From NCBI GenBank assembly GCA_009914755.4, contig CP086569.2:16704001-16768000 (forward strand): a DNA stretch of 64,000 nucleotides. The letters run 5' to 3'. The notes under the pieces are model-generated. The model was not told where the DNA came from and searched no databases. It was given only the letters and a program-made list of their open reading frames with translations. Of this stretch, positions 56,801 through 64,000 are shown one piece after another. The position numbers and the translations under genes are program-made. The DNA comes from the human T2T-CHM13v2.0 reference genome, Homo sapiens. Position 1 is the first letter of the stretch; each line of letters opens with the position of its first letter.

Positions 56801-59800
56801 AACATCACAACTAAAAGAACTAGAGAAGCGAGAGCAAACAAACTCAAAAGCTAGCAGGCGACAAGCAATGACTAAGATCAAAGAAGAAATGAAGGAAATG
56901 GAGACATGAAAAACCCTTCAAAAAATCAATGAATCCAGACTGGTTTTTTGAAAAGATTAACAAAACAGATAGACCACTAGCCAGACTAACAAAGAAGAAT
57001 AAAAGTAAGAATAACCAAACAGACACAATAAAAAATGTTAAAGGGATATCACTGCTGATCTCACAAGAATACAAACTACCATCAGAGAATAGTATAAACA
57101 CCTCTATGTAAATAAACTAGAAAATCTAGAAGAAATGGATAAATTCCCATGAGTAGACTAGGAAGAAGCCAAATCCCTGAATAGACCAATAACAAGTTCG
57201 GCAATTGAGGCAGTAATTAATAGTCTACAAACCAAAAAAAGTACAGGACCAGACAGATTCACAGCCAAATTCCAACCGAGGTAACAAGCGGAGCTGGTAC
57301 CATTCCTTCTGAAAGTATTTCAAATAATATAAAAAGAGGGACTCCTCCCTAACTCATTTTATGAGGCCAGCATCATTCTGATAACAAAACCTGTCAGAGA
57401 CACAACAAAAACAAAATTCCAGGCAAATATCCTTGATGAACATTGAAGCAAATATCCTCAATAAAATACTGGCAAACCGAATCCAAGAGCAATTTAAAAA
57501 ACATATGGACCACGAGCAAGTGAGCTTATCCCTGGGATGGAAGGCTGGTCCAACATATGCAAATCAATAAATGTAATCCATCACATAAACAAATCCAATG
57601 GCAAAGACCACGTGATTATCTCAAAAGAGGCAGAAAAGGCCTTCAATAAAATTTAACAAACTTTCATGCTAAAAGCACTCAATAAGTTAGGTATTGATGG
57701 AACATTTGTTAAACTAATAAGAGCTATTTATGAAAAACCCACAGGCAATATCATAGTAAATGGACAAAAGCTGGAAGCATTCCTTTTGAAAACTGACATA
57801 AGACAAGGATGCCCTCTCTCACCACTCCTATTCAACATAGTATTGGAAGTTCTGGCCAGGGCAATCAGGCAAGAGAAATAAATAAAGGTATTCAAATAGG
57901 AAGAGAGGAAATCAAATTGTCTCTGTTCGCAGATGACATAATCGGATATTTAGAAAACCCCATCGTCTCAGCCCAAAATCTTCTTTAGCTGATAAGCAAT
58001 GTCAGCGAAGTCTCACGATACAAAATCAATGTGCAAAAATCACAAGCATTCCTATACACATATATTAGACAAACAGAGAGCCAAATCATGAGTGAACTCC
58101 CATTCACAATAGCTACAAAGAGAATAAAATGCCTAGGAATACAACTTACAAGGGATGTGAAGGACCTCTTCAAGGAGAACTACAAACCACTGTTTGAGGA
58201 AATAACAGAGGACACAAACAAATGGAAAAACATGTCACACTCATGGATAGGAAGAATTAATATTGTGAAAATGGCCATACTGCCCAAAGTAATTTACAGA
58301 CTCAATGCTATCCCCATCAAGCTACCATTGAATTTCTTCACAGAATTAGAAAAAAGCTACTTTAAATTTCCTATGGAACCAGCAAAGTTCCTGTGTAGCC
58401 AAGATGGTCCTAAACGAAAAGAACAAAGCTGGAGGCATCATGCTACCTGACTTCATGCTATGCTATTGGGCTACAGTAACCAATACAGCATGGTTGTGGT
58501 ACCAAAACAGATATATAGACCAACGGGATAGAAAAGAGGCCTCAGAAATAACACCACACGTCTACAGCCATCTGTCTTTGACAGACCTGACAAAAAACCA
58601 AGCAATGGGAAAAGGATTCGCTATTTAACAAATGGTGTTGGAAAAACTGTCTAGTCATCCCCTGGACCCCTGCCCTACACCTTATACAAAAATTAACTCA
58701 AGATGGATTAAAAATTTAAATGTAAGTCCTAAAACCATAAAAACCCTAGAAGAAAACCTAGGCTATACCATTCAGGACATAGGCATGGGCAAAGACTTCA
58801 TAACTAAAACACCAAAAGCAATGCCAACAAAAGCCAGAATTGACAAATGTTATACAATTAAATTAAAGAGCTTCTGCACAGCAAAATAAAATATCATCAT
58901 GGATAACAGGAAATCTTCAGAATGGGAGAAAATTTTTCAATCTATCCATCTGACAAAGGGCTAACATCGAGAATCTACAAAGAACTTAAACAACCTTACA
59001 GGAATAAAACAAACAACCCATCAAAACGTGAGTGAAGGATATGAACAGACACTTCTCAAAAGAAGACATTTATGTGACCAACAAACATATGAAAAAAGAA
59101 GCTCATAATCACTGGTCATTAGAGAAATGCAAATCAAAACCACAATGAGATATCATCTCACACCAGTTAGAATGGTGATCATTAAAAAGTCTGGAAACAA
59201 CTGATGCTGGAGAAAATGTAGAGAAATAAGAACACTTTTACATGGTTGGTGGGAGTGTCAATTAGTTCAATCATTGTGAAGACTATGTGGTGATTCCTCA
59301 AGGATCTAGAAGCATTTAACCAGCAATCCCATTACTGCATATATACCAGAAGAGTTAAAAATCATTTTACTTTAAAGACAGGTGCACACATATGTTTATT
59401 GCAGAACTGTTCCCAATAGCAAAGACTTGGAACCAACCCAAATGCCCATCAATGTTAGACTGGATAAAGAAAATGTGGCACATGTATAATAAGGAATACT
59501 ATGCAGCCACAAAAAGAATGAGTTCATGTCTTTTCCATCATCATGGATGAAGCTGGAAACCATCATTTTCAGCAAACTTACACAGGAACAGCAAACCAAA
59601 CACTGCATGTTCTCACTCATAAGTAGGAGTTGAACAATGAGAACATATGGCCACAAAGAGAGGAACATCACACACTGTGACCTGTGAGGGGGTGGGGAGA
59701 GAGATAGGGGATAGCATTAGGAGAAATACCTAGTGTAGATGACGGGTTGATGGGTGCAGCAAGCCAGCATGGCACATGTTTACCTACGCAACAAACCTGC

Positions 59801-59850
59801 ATATTCTGCACATGTATCCCAGAACTTACAATATAATTTTTAAAAAGTGT
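53851..59850 (+). mobile_element. LINE-1, nearly full-length (5'UTR to 3'UTR), older L1PA/L1PB-type, degenerate, with an internal deletion of about 480 bp in the ORF1 C-terminal region
   Basis: 5' end 'gggcaagatggccaaatagcaatatctccagtttgcagctgcaagaaagaccaatgcagaaggcaggtgatttctgcatttccaactgaggtacccggtttatctcattgg'. ORF1: '...gaagatcaacttaatgaaatagtgtgaagacaagattggagaaaaaagaatgaaaagaactaacaaagcctccaagaaatatgggactatgtaaaaagaccaaacg'. At about 55835, 'attcaggaaatt|gcatcaactaatgggcaaaataaccagctagcatcataatgacagg' joins mid-ORF1 directly to the inter-ORF region. ORF2 EN and RT follow: '...cctccctaactcattttatgaggccagcatcattctgataacaaaacctgtcagagac...ggatgccctctctcaccactcctattcaac...ctctgttcgcagatgacataatcgg'. 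3' end '...acctacgcaacaaacctgcatattctgcacatgtatcccagaacttacaatataatttttaaaaa'. Confidence 0.9.
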
Positions 59851-61724
59851 AGAAAAAACACTTTAAATTGTAAATATTTTCGGCTTTGCAGGCCATCTGG
59901 TTGTCTTATAGCTATGTAACTCTGCTGCTGTGGCTTGAAAGCAGCTGTAGATAATATCTCAACAAATGGGCACATCTGTGTTCCAATAAAGCTTTATTTA
60001 CACAAAGCAGGTGTCTGTTGGTATGTAGGTAAAAATTCTGTCACTATGTTTTTCCTCTACTTTCATACGACAACAATCATCAGCACAGAAGAAGACTTCT
60101 GTGACCAAATGTGTAGGGTTTTTACCCACACAAAACAGTGTACACCATCTGGTTGTCCTCTAATTCAGTTCCAACAGTCTCTACACACAGATAGCATGAA
60201 ATCCTGCAAGTTAAGGACTCAGTCCCACAGACCACACTCTTCTTTCCCCCAGTCACAAGTACAGGCCTCTGCAACTTCTGACCAAGCAACTTCTAGTTGG
60301 GGTTCCCACAATCTCCTCTTTGGGTTTGATTAATTTGCTAGGTGGCTCACATAACTCAGGAAAACCCTTACATTTAGTGGTTTATTAGGAATGATATTTT
60401 AAAGTGTACAGATAAACAGCCAGATGAAGACACATAGGGCAAAGTCTGGGGAAGTTACTCAAGCGAAGAGTTCTGTCCCCGAGGAGTTGGGGTGTGACAC
60501 TGTCCCAATGCTGGATAAGCTTTTCATCCCGCTTCTGTTGAACTACATTTGTTCAGCTCTACAGGGGCCCTCTGAACCCTGTCCTTTGGATTTTTAAGGA
60601 GGCTTCAGGACATAGGATGATTAACTAGACCATTAGGCATTGGTGATCAACTTAATCTTTGTCCCATCTTCCCTCTCTGGAGGTAGGGCATGCAGCTAAA
60701 AGTCCCTACCCTCTAATCCTGCCTTGGTCTTTTTGGTGACCAGTGCTACTCTGAACCTATCAGACAAAAGACACATAAAAGACAGCACTTAGGAGATCCC
60801 AAGGGCTTTAGGAGTTATAAGCCAGAAACTGTGCATGAAAACCAATATGTATAAAATATGTATAAATGCCCTAACACCATAGCCAGATTTGCCCTGGGAT
60901 GTAGATTGTAGACTCCTGGTTTATAGCATCTAATATTGTTTGGCCAAAAATATCATAGTTCACCAGGGGACACTGCCATCTAACATTTTATGTCCTTCTC
61001 TCCCCTTAAGTCTCCTTAATTTTAACACTCATGTTTATAAAGTAACATTTTCCTACTTTACCAATCATATTATTTACTTTTTTCACTTATATTTTTTGCT
61101 TAGGATAAAGGAAAACCCTATATTTCTTATTTACACAGTTTCCAAAGTCACATGGAAAATGAACCATAGTTGTCCACAACTTTAAGAACTGGAAATAGTC
61201 TAGAAATAATTATCAAATTTATTCTACCTTCCAGGTGTTTATTATCTATCCATGTTGGATTTGGAAGCTTTAAAGTATTTAGGAAAGCATTGTCATTAAA
61301 AGATGAAGTTATTATCAGAAGGCTGTCACAATAAGCTTCTCAAATATTGAAGAAGAAAGTCTATAATTTCTGAGAGCCAACACAATGAACAGTTTGCTGA
61401 GACTTCATCCTTTGAAATGTGGTGGCTTATTTCTTAAATCATGCCTGTGCTGTTACGATCGAGTGAAAATAAAAGTGGGATGTCTAGATCCCAACTTGTA
61501 CCTGCTATAAAATTTACAGTATTATTTTTTTGTGTCTAATTTTCTGACAAGGTCTAAGGATGTGTCCATCTGAAGAAGTTTAAACATTAGCTGCTTCTAT
61601 GTGGTGAGGCAAAACACCAGCACACAGCTACCAACTTCCAGCTCAATATTATTACTAACGAAATGCTGCTAATAGTTATAAGATACACACAGAGATGATT
61701 ATAGAGTCCTCCCCACAGGACAAG

Positions 61725-62272
61725 AACATGCTATTGTGAATAGTGCTGTGTAATGAACAAATTGTGAATAAACAACGTACTGTGAATATGCTCATGGCAG
61801 CTGTGTTCACAATAACAAAGATGTGGGTTCAACCCTAATGCCCATCAATGATAGATTGGATTAAAAGAAATGGTACATATATACCATGGAATTCTATGCA
61901 GCCATAAAAAGGAATAAGATTATGTCCTTTGCAGGGACATGGATGGAGTTGAAAGCTGTTATCCTCAGCAAACTAATGCAGGAACAGAAAACCAAATACC
62001 GCATGTTCTCATTTATAAGTGGGAGCTGAATGATGAGACCACATGGAGGGGAACATTGTATACTGGGGTCTGTCAGAAGGTGGAGGACAGGGGAAGGGAG
62101 AGCATGGGGAATAACTAATGGATGCTGGGGTTAATACCTAGGCAATGGGATGATATGTGAAGCAAACCACCACTGCACACATTTACCTGAGTAACAAACA
62201 TGTACATGTACCCCTGAACTTAAAAGGTGGAAATTAAAAACAACAACAACAACAACAACAACACAACAACAG
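61725..62272 (+). mobile_element. LINE-1 3'-terminal fragment (about 0.5 kb), sense, ending in a (CAA)n/A-rich tail
   Basis: '...gctgtgttcacaataacaaagatgtgggttcaaccctaatgcccatcaatgatagattggattaaaagaaatggtacatatataccatggaattctatgcagccataaaaaggaataagattatgtcctttgcagggacatggatggagttgaaagctgttatcctcagcaaactaatgcaggaacagaaaaccaaataccgcatgttctcatttataagtgggagctgaatgatgagaccacatggagg...acaaacatgtacatgtacccctgaacttaaaaggtggaaattaaaaacaacaacaacaacaacaacaacacaacaaca'. Confidence 0.85.
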
Positions 62273-63189
62273 GATAAGATTTGCTAATATCTTCTATCTG
62301 TGACTCCTCACAGTAAACCTAGATGCCTATTGTGTGACAGATGAAATGGAGATTTAGGACAGTCAGTAATTTGTGTTACTTTTAAGGGAGAGCCAGAATC
62401 CAAATATTTGTATAAATGATGTAGGTTTTGGGCTACAAATGGACCAATCTATCACCTGCGATTCCTTGATAAGGATAGTGCCCAGGAATGAAATGAGGAG
62501 CTGCTGGTGTATGACACAGGATATGGTGAGACTCTGCGGTGAGTGAGGTATGCTCTAGAAGCCTTGTGAGGACTCTGTTGCAAGCAGTGACAACTGCTCT
62601 GAGAATCTGTGACTATCCTGAGGTTGACCTGATAGGGCCAGGAGATTGCATCCCTTCTTAGGAAACAATCTGGTAGCCATTCATAATCCATTTATCTTGA
62701 TGATATACTGATTGTTGTGTCTAATTGAGGAAGAAAATGGAATAAAAATGAATAAGAAAAGCCTGGGTTGAAAAGTTATTGGCAAGCTAATTTGAATGGA
62801 GTATAATTAAAAATATGTAAGGAAGTTCCCCTATAAGACAAGAGCATGCTATTGTAAATAGTGCTGCATAATGAATATATTGTAAATAAGGCATATATTG
62901 TATTTCTGTCTCATTGCTGCAGGGGTTCCTGAAATCAGTCTTCTTTAATCCTAGATATCGAAACTCCCTGTACTCATGGTGGGCAACCCCACACTCTATG
63001 CCGGTTTTGTGTTTCACTATGTAGATGCAGCTGATGTTTAAAGTTCTACAGTTGCAGATATCCCTAGATCTTGTTGGAAAATTCAGCACAAAAACCTAAT
63101 ATTGTAACTTTCATAGCACCTACAAGGTGGGGTCTAGACCTACTAGGGACCTTACAGAGGCAGGTTCTTATTACCATGGTTTCTCCTGG

Positions 63190-63998
63190 TGTGGTCTTTT
63201 CTTTTTTAATTTTAGAGACAGTGTCTCACTCAGAGTTCAGTAGTGTAATTATACATCATGGCAACCTTGAACTCCTTGGCTCAAGTAATCCTCCCACCTC
63301 AGCCCCCTGAGAAGCTGGGATTAAAGGTGCTTGCCACCTTGAAGAGAGGGGGACTTGCTACGTTGGCCAGGCTGGCCTCAAAGTCTTGGGCTCAAATGAT
63401 CCTCCCACCTCAGCCTCTTGAGTAGCTGGAACTTAAGTTGCCTGCCAGCTTGTAGATACTAAGTCTGGCTATGTTGCTCATGGTGGCCTTGAACTCTGTG
63501 TTTAAGTCATCCTCCCACTTCAGCTCCCTGTGTAGCTGGAACTGAAGGTGCCTGCCACCCTGCAGAGAGGGGGTCTCCCTACGTTACTCAGGCTGGCCTC
63601 AAACTTTTGGGCTCAAGTGATCCTCCAACCTTATATGAGTAGCTGGAAATGAAAGTACATGCCACCTTGTGGAGAAGGGATCTTTCTATGTCACACAGGC
63701 TGGGCTCAAACTCTTAGGCTCAAGTGATCACCCCACCTTAGCGTTCTGCATAGCTGGAACTAAAAGCACCATGCCACCTTATAGAGATGTTGCCTATGTT
63801 GCCGAGGCTGGCTTCAGACTCCTGGGCTCAAGCAATCCTTTCACCTCAGCCTCCTGAGTAGCTGGAACTAAAGGTGCTTGCCACATTTTAAAGATGGGGT
63901 CTTGTTACCCAGGCTAGCCTTGAAATCTTGGGCCCAAGTGATCCTCCTTTTCAGCCTCCCAAAGCACAGGGAATACAGGGGTGAGCCACTCCCTGGCC
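63190..63998 (-). repeat. Alu-derived tandem array: about 7 copies of an antisense Alu-monomer-like unit of about 108 bp, capped by an Alu 5' end at the window edge
   Basis: The unit '…agagagggggtctccctacgttactcaggctggcctcaaacttttgggctcaagtgatcctcc(c/a)acct(c/t)agcctc(c/t)tgagtagctggaa(c/a)t(g/a)aaggtgc(c/t)tgccacc…' recurs with 'gccac' landmarks at about 63333, 63444, 63554, 63661, 63773, 63879 and 63985, a spacing of 106-112 bp. The array begins with a T-rich tail 'ggtcttttcttttttaattttagagacagtgtctcactcagagttcagtag' and ends with 'cctcccaaagcacagggaatacaggggtgagccactccctggcc', an antisense Alu 5' terminus. Confidence 0.85.
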
Positions 63999-64000
63999 AT

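Noticed and set aside
60370-60880. Stretch that looks LTR-like ('...tgtccccgaggagttggggtgtgacactgtcccaatgctgg...ggaggtagggcatgcagctaaaagtccctaccctctaatcctgcc...')
   Set aside because: I could not match it to a consensus from memory. It may be an old LTR or MER fragment, but I did not list it as a feature.
63190-64000. Regularly spaced repeats that could look CRISPR-like
   Set aside because: The units are contiguous Alu-monomer copies with no unique spacers, and the context is human. This is a tandem SINE-derived array, not a CRISPR locus. The same reasoning applies to the 23-bp palindromic minisatellite at 32581-32686.

Overview
This window is human (catarrhine primate) nuclear DNA from an AT-rich, retrotransposon-dense region. 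I see no bacterial, phage or operon-like organisation and no convincing protein-coding exon. The longest ORFs are either translations of microsatellites (GAAA/GGAA runs giving K/E/R- or F/L/S-rich peptides) or decayed LINE-1 ORF2 fragments.

Recognisable content, read directly from the sequence:
- About 20 Alu SINEs in both orientations, including a young AluY with an uninterrupted 46-nt A tail.
- Two nearly full-length but heavily mutated LINE-1 elements in the same (+) orientation, at 18.3-24.8 kb and 53.85-59.85 kb.
- A younger, 5'-truncated L1PA insertion on the minus strand with the classic twin-priming 5' inversion (44.09-46.65 kb). It sits in the A-tail of an older Alu and has matching target-site duplications.
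- Older L1 3'-end fragments at 6.3-7.3 kb, 8.9-9.8 kb and 61.7-62.3 kb.
- Solo LTRs: a HERV-H LTR7 on the minus strand (2.2-2.6 kb, with an internal 49-bp tandem duplication), two THE1/MST-type MaLR LTRs (one nested inside an older L1), and an MLT1-type MaLR LTR.
- Many simple repeats: a 255-bp (GAAA)n array, a 185-bp (GAAA/GGAA)n array, (TA)27, (CT)n(CA)n, (AAAT)n, CA/TA-rich tracts and AT-rich minisatellites.

The features most worth a second look:
- A roughly 108-bp Alu-monomer-derived tandem array (about 7 units) running to the window end at 63.2-64.0 kb.
- A 23-bp minisatellite (32.58-32.69 kb) whose unit contains a perfect 19-bp palindrome.
- A pair of roughly 0.8-1 kb homologous copies of a repeat I cannot classify (25.35-26.34 kb and 42.10-42.89 kb).
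- An exact 31-bp motif present three times (two direct, one inverted) around 51.9-53.1 kb.

I have not aligned anything to consensus libraries. Subfamily names are from memory of consensus sequences and should be confirmed with RepeatMasker/Dfam. The prompt suggests a novel biological system may be present. I do not see evidence for one, and the honest description is an ordinary L1/Alu-rich, gene-poor stretch with a few structurally interesting repeats.
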